The notes below the pieces were generated by a model. That model did no database searches. It had not been told where the DNA came from and saw only the letters and a list, made by a program, of their open reading frames with translations. The position numbers and the translations under genes were made by a program. A stretch of DNA of 64,000 bases from Myxococcales bacterium (GTDB lineage Bacteria; Myxococcota_A; Polyangia; Polyangiales; DASUME01), in NCBI GenBank assembly GCA_047601445.1, contig JASGJH010000001.1, positions 8,960,001 through 9,024,000 on the forward strand. Reading direction: 5' to 3'. Below are positions 36,455 to 46,522 of this stretch, piece by piece. How positions within the stretch are numbered: position 1 is the stretch's first letter; the number at the start of each line of letters is the position of its first letter.

Positions 36455-37504
36455 ATGCTTAGCCGGGTCCTGCTCGTCGCCTCTGTCTGCTCGCTATCTG
36501 CCTGCGCGCCCACCATCTCCATGCCGCGCGGCGAGGACCACCTCAACGCGCTCGCCGAGGCCGAGGCGCATCAGGTGCACGGTCGCGATGAAGAGGCCAT
36601 CAAGGCCTTCGGCAAGGCCGCCGAGACCGCAGAGCGGCGCGTGGATCGCGATGAGGCCCTCTACCGACAGAGCCGCGTCTACGCCCACATGCGCGACTAC
36701 AAGAACGCGCTGGCGATCTGTGACCGGCTCGCCGAGGCCGACCCGCCCGCGCGTCGAACCATGCGCGCCAAGCTGGACGGTGCACGCTATCGCATCCAAC
36801 TCGGCGACACGGCCCGCGCCGAACGCGACCTGCGCGCCATCGTGGTGGAGTATCCCGACGACGCCGCCGCCAAGGGAGCGCTGCGCACGCTGGTGCAGAT
36901 CCACGTGAAAGACTCGGACAAGATCGAGGACGCGCTGTTCTGGCTCAAGACGCTGGAATCCGAGATCGAAGAAGGCAACACCACGCACGAGGCGTTGCTC
37001 AGCCTGGAAGCCGATCTCTTGATCGCCAAGGGCAAGAAGTCCGAGGCCATCGAGGTGCTCGAGCAGCAAATCGAGCAGTACCCGTATCCGCACGGCCGAC
37101 GCTGGGACGACGCGCTCTGGCTGCTGGCGGACCTGGCGCTCGAGGACAACGACCCGCAGACCGCCATCGATCGGCTCCAGAGCATGATCGCGGTGCACGA
37201 GTCGAGCTTCATCCTGGGCAGCTACACGCGCCCGCTGTTCTCCAAGGCGGCCCTACGCATCGCGCGCATCTACCGCGATAACCTCGACGATGACAAGGCC
37301 GCGCTCAAGGCGTTCGCGCGGGTGCGTAGCGAGTTCCCCAACTCACTGGTGGTCGACGACGCGCTCGAAGAAGAAGCCATGCTGCGCATCGAGAACGGCG
37401 ACTCCAAGCAGGGCTGCAACTTGCTGCGCGAGGTGCTGCAGAAGCACGAAGTGGGTTCGGCCCGTCGTCACGCCGAGGAACGCATCTCCCAGCACTGCCA
37501 GTGA
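36455..37504 (+). CDS. TPR-repeat lipoprotein
   Basis: Lipobox LSAC; helical repeats (EALYRQSRVY, IVVEYPDD, DDALWLLADL, RSEFPNS). Confidence 0.8.
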   Translation: MLSRVLLVASVCSLSACAPTISMPRGEDHLNALAEAEAHQVHGRDEEAIKAFGKAAETAERRVDRDEALYRQSRVYAHMRDYKNALAICDRLAEADPPARRTMRAKLDGARYRIQLGDTARAERDLRAIVVEYPDDAAAKGALRTLVQIHVKDSDKIEDALFWLKTLESEIEEGNTTHEALLSLEADLLIAKGKKSEAIEVLEQQIEQYPYPHGRRWDDALWLLADLALEDNDPQTAIDRLQSMIAVHESSFILGSYTRPLFSKAALRIARIYRDNLDDDKAALKAFARVRSEFPNSLVVDDALEEEAMLRIENGDSKQGCNLLREVLQKHEVGSARRHAEERISQHCQ

Positions 37505-37637
37505 GATCGTCGCGGGCCTAGCGGCTGGGCCCGGCGCTCGAACACACGGCTGTGTCAGCGAGCGAGCGCACACGTGCTCGGCCGGCCGGCGACCTGGCGG
37601 TTCGGCTCGAAAGTGATCGGTGAGCTCGCGACTCCGG

Positions 37638-37675
37638 GCGAAAGCAGGGCGATCCCGACGGGGTCGCGCTTTCGC
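37638..37675. terminator. Hairpin between convergent genes
   Basis: GCGAAAGC...GCGATCCC-GAC-GGGGTCGC-GCTTTCGC. Confidence 0.5.
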
Positions 37676-37690
37676 GCACGAGAGTGGGGA

Positions 37691-38083
37691 TCAGAGCAGT
37701 TCGTCGTCGGAGGCGGGGGCGTCGGCGTCGTCTTCGTCGCCGTCGTCATCATCCTCGTCGTCGTCTGCTTCGGCCTCTTCCTCTTCCTCTTCCTCTTCCC
37801 CGGTCGTACGCGCGTACTTGAGGTCGATGCCGACGTCGACAAGCGCGGACTCGAGCAGCTCGAAGAGCTCATCGACATCCTCACCCGACCACTCGTCCAG
37901 CATCTCGGAGAGGAAATCGTAGAAGTCGCCGCTGTCGATGCGACGCTCGATCTCTTCGACCTGTTCTTCGGTGAACGCCTCCATGATGTCTTCACGGAGC
38001 GTGTCGGTGTCGCCTTCCTCGATCGCCTCGTCCGCCGAGATCTTGATTTGCCGAACGGCACGTTTGTCGAGGTAAATGTCCAT
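37691..38083 (-). CDS. Highly acidic small hypothetical protein (130 aa)
   Basis: Typical high-GC codon usage, GGAAGG RBS, about 55 D/E versus 9 K/R by hand count, poly-D/E tail. Confidence 0.85.
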   Translation of the reverse strand: MDIYLDKRAVRQIKISADEAIEEGDTDTLREDIMEAFTEEQVEEIERRIDSGDFYDFLSEMLDEWSGEDVDELFELLESALVDVGIDLKYARTTGEEEEEEEEAEADDDEDDDDGDEDDADAPASDDELL

Positions 38084-38110
38084 GGTCGGGTCCTTCCAGA
38101 AGCGCGCGGT

Positions 38111-38138
38111 AATATATGTTTGCGACTTGGCCTGTCAA
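38111..38138 (-). promoter_or_regulatory. Near-consensus sigma70 promoter of the acidic protein gene
   Basis: Minus strand TTGACA (38138-38133), 16 nt, TATATT (38116-38111). Confidence 0.6.
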
Positions 38139-38478
38139 CAACGTGAAGCGCTTGTGGCTGGGGCGGGTCGCGCCGCAGGTCTCGCGTAAATTTCTGGCAC
38201 TTGCACCGTTTTCTGCAAGCACCGTCTGTGGTCGTTGTTTACGATGCTGCCGGATGCGGACGCCCACGCGATGCGGCTCGCGCGCCAGTCTGCGCGCCGG
38301 TTTGGAGAGCACGTGGCGCCCCGGGCGCGGCGGACCCGACCTCGCACACGCCTCGCAGAGGGCAGTGAGGGGTGCAGGCAGCAGTTTCCACATCCCATGC
38401 GCCGGGTCGGCCCCCCAGCGTAGCGGGCGCTGCGATGCGCGGCGCGTCCGCTCAGGGGATGGGCCTGGTCGCGCTCGG

Positions 38479-39159
38479 GTGAGCCTGAAAAGGGCCGCCT
38501 GCGATGCATCACGCTGGCTCCTCGTCGTCTTGTTCGTGCTCCTCGTCGGCTCGGCAATGCCGGCAAGCCGCGCCCACGCTGGGGCACCCGAACAGCGGAC
38601 CAAGGCCGTGGCGTTCGAAATTCCACCCGCGCCCGCGCGTGCCAAGCCGCGCCTCGCGCTGGAGCTGCACGCCACCTTCGCGAGTCCGCTGGACAATCAC
38701 TCCCTGTGTCCCAGTGGTGTCGGCTGTGTATTGCAGAGCGGCGGCGGTCTCGGTGGTTCGCTCGAACGACGTTGGCCGACCGGTCTCGGGGCCTTTGGTG
38801 CCTACGACGTCTGGTTCCTGGACAGCGACTCGGTCTACGAGCTCGGGGTGCAGCAGGCTTTCCGCGGCGGTGTTCGGTACACCATGCCCACCGAGAACAT
38901 CTTTCACCCATTGTTCGATGTGAGCCTTGGCGTGATGGGATATGGGGATACCTTCCGCGTTGCCACCGTAGGAGCCCTCGTGGAGTTTTTCGCGGGTGGA
39001 GAGGTCGAGCTGAGCGCCACCTTCGGGGTGCGGGCAGGCATCGGCCTGCGGGTTTTTACCGTCAGCCCCTTCCGCACCGAGCGCGACAGCATCGAGCGCG
39101 GTCAAAGCGGGGTCTTCGCGGAGATGTTCTTGGCCCAGATGGGCCTTACCGTGATGTAG
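38479..39159 (+). CDS. Hypothetical exported protein, probable outer-membrane beta-barrel
   Basis: Signal peptide WLLVVLFVLLVGSAMPASRAHA, then alternating amphipathic beta-strands to the C-terminus. Confidence 0.65.
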   Translation: MSLKRAACDASRWLLVVLFVLLVGSAMPASRAHAGAPEQRTKAVAFEIPPAPARAKPRLALELHATFASPLDNHSLCPSGVGCVLQSGGGLGGSLERRWPTGLGAFGAYDVWFLDSDSVYELGVQQAFRGGVRYTMPTENIFHPLFDVSLGVMGYGDTFRVATVGALVEFFAGGEVELSATFGVRAGIGLRVFTVSPFRTERDSIERGQSGVFAEMFLAQMGLTVM

Positions 39160-39320
39160 GTGTGGCGGACCTGCACTCGTGGGCGCCCCCCTGGTGAGAA
39201 CCGGAGGGCGTGCGAGGCGCCGGTTGGACCCGGGCAGGGCCCGGATGGGGCGACCTTAGGCGATGGAATCGTTGACGAACCTTGACGGGGGCCATGGGAC
39301 CACGGTTCACTGCCGGTGAC

Positions 39321-40490
39321 ATGCGTTGTGGCAGCTGTGGGTGGGACAACCCAGCAGGCATCATCTTCTGCACCAATTGCGGCAAGCGCGGCCTCGACGA
39401 GGCAGCCGCGGAGCCAGCGCGTGCGCCTTCTGGCCCGCTCCAGGAGCGTGCTCGTCCGCCGACGATGGCCTACCGCGTAGGGCAGGCGGAGATCGCGCGC
39501 CCCGCTCCCGCTGGGGCGGCCTGTCAACGCTGTGGCGCCGCGAGCGCGCCCGGGCTGCGATTCTGTCGCGAGTGTGGAGCGCCCATCGAAGGCGCGGCTC
39601 CTCCGCCGGCGGCCTCCCCGGCACCCGCGATCGACTACGGACACCCTGCGCAGGATGCTGGGGGCTTCGGAGCCCCGGCACCGGTCCAGGTCCGCACCTT
39701 CACGCCTCCGAGTCCTGCCACGCCCCAGCCGTTCGCCCCGCCAGCGCCAGCGCCCGCGGCCTACGCGAGCCCGGCTGCGAGCGTGGCCCGGCTCGTGATG
39801 CTGCTCCGGGATGGCTCGGAGGGCAGGACGATCCCCCTCAACGAGGGAGACGCCGATATCGGCTCCCGAGAGGGCGAAATCATCTTCGGGGACGATCCCT
39901 ACCTGTCTCCGCGCCACGCGCGGGTCTCGTGTCGGGCAGGAGCGTACACACTGCGCGATCTGGATAGCGCCAATGGCGTCTACGTGCGTTTGCGTGATGT
40001 CCAGGACCTGCACGATCGGGATATGATTCTCCTCGGCCAGCAGGTGTTACGATTCGAGCTCCTTCTGGACGGAGAGTTGCCCCTGGGGCCGGCTTGGCAA
40101 GGCGGGGTGCTCGTCTTCGGGACCCCCGAAGTGTCGCGGTTCGCGCGGCTCGTTCAGTACACCACCGAAGGCGTAGGACGGGACGTGCACTACCTTTTTC
40201 GTGACGAAACCGTAATTGGGCGTGAGAATGGGGACATTGTCTTTACCGACGACCCATTTCTGTCACGGCGCCATGCGGCGATTCGCATCGATCACGCAGG
40301 GCACCGCTTTACGCTGCACGATCTGGGCTCGTCCAATGGGACCGCACTTCGCATTCGTGGAGAGCATGTGCTGAGGGATGGGGACCAGTTTCGGATCGGC
40401 AGGCACTTGTTCCGCTTCGAAAACACGCTCGCGGGCGGTCCCGCCCGCTTCGACGCCGCAGGCTCCGTGGGAGGCCGCTCTGAACGATGA
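39321..40490 (+). CDS. Double zinc-ribbon plus tandem FHA domain protein
   Basis: CGSCG...FCTNCG; CQRCG...FCRECG; FHA1 LSPRHA...DLDSANG; FHA2 IGRE...LSRRHA...DLGSSNGT. Confidence 0.9.
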   Translation: MRCGSCGWDNPAGIIFCTNCGKRGLDEAAAEPARAPSGPLQERARPPTMAYRVGQAEIARPAPAGAACQRCGAASAPGLRFCRECGAPIEGAAPPPAASPAPAIDYGHPAQDAGGFGAPAPVQVRTFTPPSPATPQPFAPPAPAPAAYASPAASVARLVMLLRDGSEGRTIPLNEGDADIGSREGEIIFGDDPYLSPRHARVSCRAGAYTLRDLDSANGVYVRLRDVQDLHDRDMILLGQQVLRFELLLDGELPLGPAWQGGVLVFGTPEVSRFARLVQYTTEGVGRDVHYLFRDETVIGRENGDIVFTDDPFLSRRHAAIRIDHAGHRFTLHDLGSSNGTALRIRGEHVLRDGDQFRIGRHLFRFENTLAGGPARFDAAGSVGGRSER

Positions 40491-42220
40491 GCGACGCGCA
40501 GCGCGAGGGGACGCAGGGGAAAGGGGCCACGCGTAATGCGGACTCCGTCGACGCCTCGCGCCCATCGCACGCCGAACCTTTGGGGCTCGAAGACGTGAGT
40601 TTCGAGCAAGACGAAGAGGGACCGACCTTGCCTCCTGAGGCTGCGTTCGAGAATGGCGCCGACGGCGAGGTGTCGCTCGCCCCCAAGCCGATCACGGCTC
40701 AGGTCGTGGGGCGCACCGACGTGGGCCTCGTGCGCGAGCACAACGAGGACAACTACCTGCTCGCGGATCTCTCCACGGGCAGCCGCGATTCCTCCACGTT
40801 CCACGAAGTCCCCATGGCGGGCCTGCTGCTGGGCGTGTGCGACGGCATGGGCGGCGCCGCGGCCGGCGAGGTGGCCAGTCAAATGGCTGTGGACACCATC
40901 TTCGAGATGATGCGCCGCAGCGTGCCCGCCAGCGATCGGGACGCCCTGGCCAGGGCTCTCGTGCGGGCCATCGAGGAAGCAGGCAGCCGCATCTTCGAGG
41001 CGGCGCGGGCCGACCGCAGCCGGCGCGGCATGGGCACTACCTCCACGATCGCCTCCCTGATGGACAAGACCTTGTTCGTCGGCCAGGTGGGAGACAGCCG
41101 GGCGTACATCTTGCGCGGCGGCGAGCTCAAGCAGATCACCAAGGACCAGAGCCTGGTGAACCAGTTGATCGAGGCCGGTCAGCTCACCGAGGACGAAGCC
41201 GAAGCCTTCGAGCACTCGAACATCATTTTGCAGGCGCTCGGCACCACCGAGCAGGTCAGCGTCGATCTCACGTTCCTGGAGCTGCGTCGGGGAGACCGTC
41301 TCTTGATGTGCTCCGACGGCCTGAGCGGCCTGGTGCACGGCGACGTCATCCGCGAAGTGATGGCGGAGTACAAGGACCTCGACGCCTGCTGTGAGCGCCT
41401 GATCGAGCTCGCCAAGGCGGGTGGCGGTCACGACAACGTGACCGTGATCCTCACCGAGTTCGGCGGCGAAGGTTTGGCTTTGCCGCAGACCGGCGACCTG
41501 GCCGGCTACCAGCAATACCCGCTGCCGCTCGATGGTGATCCGCGCAGCGCGGGCCCCATTCATAGCGAGGTTCCCACGCTGGCCCCTCCGGGCGCGCGGG
41601 GCCATGCAGGCGACGATGCGAACTACGGCGCGGGCGGCCAGGGGCCTTCGCGTGCCGCCTCGAGCGTGCGCTTCGTGGGACTTCTGGTGCTGCTCTTGGC
41701 AGCGCTCGGCGCCGCGTACTACTGGAGCGGCGCCGTCGACAGCCGCGCGCGCTCCCGGGACAACAACACCAACACGCAGCTGGTGGAGTTGCCGCCGAGT
41801 GAGACGCAGGGCCCTCCGCGTGTGGAAGTGGTCGTGCGCAGCGATGTCGAGGGCGGCGAGCTGTTCGTGGACGGCGAGAGCTACGGCAAGGCCGAGGGCG
41901 GCCGTTGGGTACTCGACCTGGTGCCAGGCCCGCACAAGCTCGAAGCGAAGGCCGGCGGCAGCACGGTGACCTCGTCGGTGGTGACCGTGCGCGAGGGCGT
42001 GCCGGCTACCGTCGTGCTCTCCATGCCCGAAGGGGCGGGCGCTTTCGGCGCCGACGCGGCGGCGCAGGCCGGTGCGGCGGACGACAAGGCTCGGGTCCAG
42101 CATAGCGAGCCTCTGGCTGAGACCGGAGATGGCGGCCTGAGCGATCGCGAAATGCGCCGCCGCAAGCGCCGCGCCGCACGCGACGCCAGCGGCGGCAGCG
42201 ACAAAGCGCCCACGCCCTGA
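40487..42220 (+). CDS. PP2C (PrpC/Stp1-type) Ser/Thr phosphatase with a TM helix and PEGA-like domain
   Basis: TDVGLVREHNED, VCDGMGG, GMGTT, VGDSRAY, CSDGL, GGHDNVTV; TM; VRSDVEGGELFVDG...PGPHKLE. Confidence 0.92.
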   Translation: MSDAQREGTQGKGATRNADSVDASRPSHAEPLGLEDVSFEQDEEGPTLPPEAAFENGADGEVSLAPKPITAQVVGRTDVGLVREHNEDNYLLADLSTGSRDSSTFHEVPMAGLLLGVCDGMGGAAAGEVASQMAVDTIFEMMRRSVPASDRDALARALVRAIEEAGSRIFEAARADRSRRGMGTTSTIASLMDKTLFVGQVGDSRAYILRGGELKQITKDQSLVNQLIEAGQLTEDEAEAFEHSNIILQALGTTEQVSVDLTFLELRRGDRLLMCSDGLSGLVHGDVIREVMAEYKDLDACCERLIELAKAGGGHDNVTVILTEFGGEGLALPQTGDLAGYQQYPLPLDGDPRSAGPIHSEVPTLAPPGARGHAGDDANYGAGGQGPSRAASSVRFVGLLVLLLAALGAAYYWSGAVDSRARSRDNNTNTQLVELPPSETQGPPRVEVVVRSDVEGGELFVDGESYGKAEGGRWVLDLVPGPHKLEAKAGGSTVTSSVVTVREGVPATVVLSMPEGAGAFGADAAAQAGAADDKARVQHSEPLAETGDGGLSDREMRRRKRRAARDASGGSDKAPTP

Positions 42221-42362
42221 GCTCGAGTCCGCTGAGCCTACCTTGCCGGCGGACCTGCCCGTTTCGACTCTGTCGCTTTTTTGACCGCACGATCCCGCAC
42301 CGGTAACCAACGTGTTGCGCGGATCCCAGGCGGGAATGCCTCGGCCGCGAGTCGGAGGGTGG

Positions 42363-42968
42363 ATGACGGCTGGTGCTCGGATCACCGATGCGGTGACCCA
42401 TTTCGCGCGACGCGGCAATTTCCGCAGCGCCGTCAAGTTGGTGCGTACGAGGCCGCCGGAGCGCCTGCGCTGGCGTGCGGCAGTGGGCACCCTGACGCTC
42501 GACGCGGGACGCTTGCTCGGGACGGATCGCATGCGGCTCGAGGAGCCCATTCGCGAGCTGGTACTCGATCTGGACGACCTGTTCTTGAAGCGTGAGATCG
42601 TGCTCGACGCGCGGCTGCATCGCGTGGACCTGGACCGCGGCGAAGTCTTGCCGCGCTGGACCCTGGGTGATCTGCGCAGGCTCTCGTTCCTGGCGCGCAC
42701 GGAGCTCGATCCGCTGCGTCGCTATGTGGCGCTGCCGACCTCCTTCGAAGCCCAAATCGACACTGCCGCCGTGGTCCTGGCTGGTCGCGCCTTCGCCAAC
42801 GCCCACCGCCAGCGCGCGGAGCGCCTGTGGCTGAGTGTTCCTGACCAGGACGGTCCCGAGCCCCTCAAGCTGCATCAGCGCTACATCCTCGAGCGCGCCG
42901 ATCTGGAGGCCGAGCGCAGCAAGCGTTGGGCCGCCCTTGCCAAGACGCTCGCGTCGCAGCCCGCCTGA
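42363..42968 (+). CDS. Hypothetical protein
   Basis: GGAGG RBS before the ATG, GC3-rich frame, no family recognised. Confidence 0.7.
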   Translation: MTAGARITDAVTHFARRGNFRSAVKLVRTRPPERLRWRAAVGTLTLDAGRLLGTDRMRLEEPIRELVLDLDDLFLKREIVLDARLHRVDLDRGEVLPRWTLGDLRRLSFLARTELDPLRRYVALPTSFEAQIDTAAVVLAGRAFANAHRQRAERLWLSVPDQDGPEPLKLHQRYILERADLEAERSKRWAALAKTLASQPA

Positions 42969-42974
42969 GCACGC

Positions 42975-44540
42975 TCAGGCAGTCACGCCGCGTACGCACG
43001 AGGCGAGCCATGAAAGCGTGGCTTCCGCCCGCGCTTGGGCCGCAGCGAGAGGCTCGTCGGGGCTCACGCTCTCCGACGCCTCCAGGTAGAACTTGAGCTT
43101 GGGCTCGGTGCCGCTCGGACGCACGCAGATGCGCCCGCGCGCGCCAACCCTGAAGATGAGCAAGTCGGCGCGCTCCTCCCGCTGCAGGTAGTCCTCGCGG
43201 GTGGTCTCAGCGTCCAGCCAGTCGCGCGGGGCGCGTTGTCGCAAGTCGCTCAAGATGGCGCGCGTCCTATCCATCCCGCTCGCCCCGCCTGCGCTCACGG
43301 TGAGCTGGCGGCTCGCGAACAGTCCGTGCGTGCGCGCCAGGCGCTCCAGCTGCTGCTCGAAGCCGATTCCATGGGCGCGCAGTTTGCGCGCGAGCTGCAG
43401 CAATACGTAGAGCGCCGCGATACCGTCCTTGTCATCTCCCAGGGCACCGAAGCAGTAGCCGAGTGCCTCTTCGTAGCCGAACAGATAACGCAGTCCACGT
43501 TCCCGCTCGAGCCTGCGCCCACCTGCAGTGATCCACTTGAATCCTGTCAGAGTGCGTTCGAAGTGCGCGCCGAAATGCGTGGCGATGCGCTCGACAAGGC
43601 CCCCGCTCACCAGTGTGGAGATGATCGCGACCTGCCCTGGCTCCGGCTCTTGATCAAGCAGATAGTCGGCCAACAACGCACCGATTTCGTCGCCGCTGAG
43701 CGCCCTGAGCTTCCCTTCGTTCCCGCGCGCCACGACCGCCAAACGATCGGCGTCTGGGTCGTGGCAGAAGCCGAGCTCGGCACCGATCTCGCTGCTCAGC
43801 CGGACGAGCTCGACGAGGGCTTCGGCGTGCTCGGGATTCGGCGAGCGCAAGCCGCCAAAATCCGCGCGCGGTGTCGCCTGCGAGGGCACCTCGATGAGCA
43901 TTGCTCCGGTACGCTGGGCGAGTGCCCGCGTGAGCTTGGTGCCCACGCCGCAGAGCGCGCTGTACCCCACCTTGGGCAAGGGCTCCGGTCGCGTCGGCAC
44001 CAACGCCAAGACGGCGTCGAGATAGGCCCGCTGCTCGTCTCCGCCCAAGTCGTACAACTGACCGCTGGCGCGCGCCGCGTCCAGATCCATCGGAGCCCTG
44101 GAGGGACCGCCGCTGACGCCGATACGGCGCGCAATCTCGGCGTCGTGGGGGGGCAGGATCTGCGCGCCCCCTTGCCAGTAAACTTTGATCCCGTTGTCCG
44201 CAGGAGGATTGTGGCTGGCTGTCACCATCAGGCCCAGCGCCGCGCCGTGGAGCTGCGTAGTGAACGCCAGCAGCGGTGTGGGGACCACGTCCTCGAACAT
44301 CCGCACAACGAAGCCCTCGGCCAGGGCCACACCGGCGAGTACGTGGGCGAACTCCCGGCTCCCGGTGCGCCCATCGAACCCGATGCAGAGGCCTTTGCTT
44401 CGCGAGTTAGCGTCCAGCGCGCCCACGTACTCACAAACGGCCAGCCCCACCACCGCCACGGTGCGTGAGTTGAGCTCGTCGTCCCCGTCCCCGAGAGGAG
44501 CTCGAATGCCTGCCGTTCCGAACGAGAGTCGTGCGCCCAT
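42975..44540 (-). CDS. Phosphohexomutase (PGM/PMM family)
   Basis: FGTAGIR, GFDGR, TASHNP, DPDADR, LTGFKWI, YEEALGY, DKDG, RPSGTEPKLKFY. Confidence 0.93.
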   Translation of the reverse strand: MGARLSFGTAGIRAPLGDGDDELNSRTVAVVGLAVCEYVGALDANSRSKGLCIGFDGRTGSREFAHVLAGVALAEGFVVRMFEDVVPTPLLAFTTQLHGAALGLMVTASHNPPADNGIKVYWQGGAQILPPHDAEIARRIGVSGGPSRAPMDLDAARASGQLYDLGGDEQRAYLDAVLALVPTRPEPLPKVGYSALCGVGTKLTRALAQRTGAMLIEVPSQATPRADFGGLRSPNPEHAEALVELVRLSSEIGAELGFCHDPDADRLAVVARGNEGKLRALSGDEIGALLADYLLDQEPEPGQVAIISTLVSGGLVERIATHFGAHFERTLTGFKWITAGGRRLERERGLRYLFGYEEALGYCFGALGDDKDGIAALYVLLQLARKLRAHGIGFEQQLERLARTHGLFASRQLTVSAGGASGMDRTRAILSDLRQRAPRDWLDAETTREDYLQREERADLLIFRVGARGRICVRPSGTEPKLKFYLEASESVSPDEPLAAAQARAEATLSWLASCVRGVTA

Positions 44541-44560
44541 GTTTCCGCGATTCTATCGCG

Positions 44561-46423
44561 TCAGCCCACGATGTCGTCCACCTGCACTTCGACGCCCGCC
44601 ATGGCCAGCAAGCGCAAAGCGTTGCTCGTGCGCACCACGCCGTCCCGCAGCTTGAAGTCGAACTTCATCTCGCCGTGCTCGAACACATCGGTGAAGTGGA
44701 CGTTGCCGACCTGACCGGGTCGTTCGCGCTCTAGCTCGGAGAGCGCCACATCGTGGGTCGCCACGAGGCCCATGGCTCCCCGCGAGAGCAGGTGCAGAAT
44801 CACCGCTCGCGCGCCCTGATGTCGCGCCCTGGCGTTGGTGCCCCTGAGCAGCTCGTCGAGCAGAAACAGCACAGGAGGCTCGCGGTCGAGCTCCCCCACC
44901 ACCATGCGCAAGCGCGTGAGCTCGGCGTGGAAATAGCTGGCCCCACGCTGCAGGGAGTCCTCGATGCGCATGCTTGCGCGCAGGCGCACCAAGGGCAGCG
45001 CGAACCTGCGCGCGCAGACCGGCCCCCCTGCCAGAGCCAGCGCCACGTTCAGGCCGAGCGCCCTCAGCAGGGTGCTCTTGCCCGCCATGTTGGAGCCTGT
45101 GACCACGAGCGCGGCAGAGGGTGACAGCTTCGGCAGATCGTTCGCGATGCGCGAGCCCACCGGGATCAGCGGGTGCACCAGGCCCTCCGCCACGAGCCCT
45201 TGCTCCTTGCTTACCAGGGCCGGAAAGCTGGCGTCGGGGTCCACGTGATGCAGGGTGGCGAAGGAGGATAGGAGCTCCACCTCGCCGATGGCCTTGAACC
45301 AGCGCTCGGAGGCCGGCCCCACGTCGTCCACGAAGCGTTCGATGCGCTCGAGCACGAACAGGTCCCACAGCGTGAGCACGTTGACGACCAGGTACACTGG
45401 CCCCTGGGTCCGCAGCTGCCCATAGCCCTCGTAGCGCGCGAGGCGCGCCATGTGCGCGGAGGGCGAGAGTCCTTTCACATCCAGGCCCGCGCGCAGGTCC
45501 CGCAAATAGGGCGCTTGCCAGCGCTCCTCCTCCAGCAAGCGCAGCATGTGCTCGTAGGCCTGCGCGAAGCCGAGGCGCGCCGTGATCAGATCGAGCGTGG
45601 CGTGCACGGGGCCGCTCAGCCTGTAGAGCAAGACCCCCTGCGCGAACAAGCACGCCCAGAACACCCGGCCGTCGAGCATGCCCAGCTGGGACAGCACAAA
45701 GCTCGCCGTAGTCGCACTCAAGAGGACGAAGGCCAAAGGCTTGAGCCAGGGGCGCGTCGCGAACACGCGAGGCATCTCGAGCAGGGCCATGAACGGACGG
45801 TGGTCGAGCTTCTCGTTCCGCCTCTGGTGCACCGCCCCGCGCACCTCGAATTCCTCGCGGAAGGTCGGCTTGCCGCTCAGCTCGAGCACAGCCGCTTGGC
45901 GCGCGTGGATCACCTCCAGCGTGGCCGGCGCGCTCAGTGCCTGGGCCAGGGCGGTCTCTCCTTCGGCCGTTTGCGACACGTCGATGCGCTGGAACAACGA
46001 GCCCGCGCCCACCAAGTCGATGTCGCTGGCGTACGGGTGCTCTGCGGGGAGGTGGTTGCGCCCATCTTTGGCCGTGGCGAGCTGCTCACCGCGAATGCGC
46101 TTCAGGTGGCGTTCGTGAATGGCGATCCGAACGTCGACCTCGTGGCGCTTGGCGAGCACCCGAGCGTGCCAGACCACCGCGCCGAAGAAGCCCAAGCCGA
46201 GGCCCGCTCCCACCAACCAGGCCAGCGGCACGCCGCGGCTCACAGCCGTGGTGATCGCCGCCGCGGCCGCCAGGAATAGGGCGAGACGAAGCAAGGAAAG
46301 GCGCGTCTCCTGGGCACTCAGGGCGGCGCGTTCGCGTCCGAGCTGCGTGACGCGCTCCGTGTGAGAGCGCAAGCGTTCTTCGAGGGAGCTCACGCTGGCT
46401 TCATAGCGCACCCGCTGAGCCAT
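44561..46423 (-). CDS. Membrane-anchored MutS-family (domain V only) ATPase
   Basis: N-terminal TM pairs; HPL, TGSNMAGKSTLLR, SYFHAEL, LLDELLRGTN, VATHD, GVVRTSNAL. Confidence 0.9.
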   Translation of the reverse strand: MAQRVRYEASVSSLEERLRSHTERVTQLGRERAALSAQETRLSLLRLALFLAAAAAITTAVSRGVPLAWLVGAGLGLGFFGAVVWHARVLAKRHEVDVRIAIHERHLKRIRGEQLATAKDGRNHLPAEHPYASDIDLVGAGSLFQRIDVSQTAEGETALAQALSAPATLEVIHARQAAVLELSGKPTFREEFEVRGAVHQRRNEKLDHRPFMALLEMPRVFATRPWLKPLAFVLLSATTASFVLSQLGMLDGRVFWACLFAQGVLLYRLSGPVHATLDLITARLGFAQAYEHMLRLLEEERWQAPYLRDLRAGLDVKGLSPSAHMARLARYEGYGQLRTQGPVYLVVNVLTLWDLFVLERIERFVDDVGPASERWFKAIGEVELLSSFATLHHVDPDASFPALVSKEQGLVAEGLVHPLIPVGSRIANDLPKLSPSAALVVTGSNMAGKSTLLRALGLNVALALAGGPVCARRFALPLVRLRASMRIEDSLQRGASYFHAELTRLRMVVGELDREPPVLFLLDELLRGTNARARHQGARAVILHLLSRGAMGLVATHDVALSELERERPGQVGNVHFTDVFEHGEMKFDFKLRDGVVRTSNALRLLAMAGVEVQVDDIVG

Positions 46424-46522
46424 GCCCTTACAGAGCGGTGCGCGCCTCGGAATAGCAGGCGTGAATCCCGCGTTGGGAGCCCAAAAGCGAAGAACCTTGC
46501 TATGCTCCAATCAACCTCAGGA

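Noticed and set aside
37700..37800. TCG/TCT/TCC triplet-rich tract
   Set aside because: It is the poly-Asp/Glu tail of the acidic protein, not an independent repeat.
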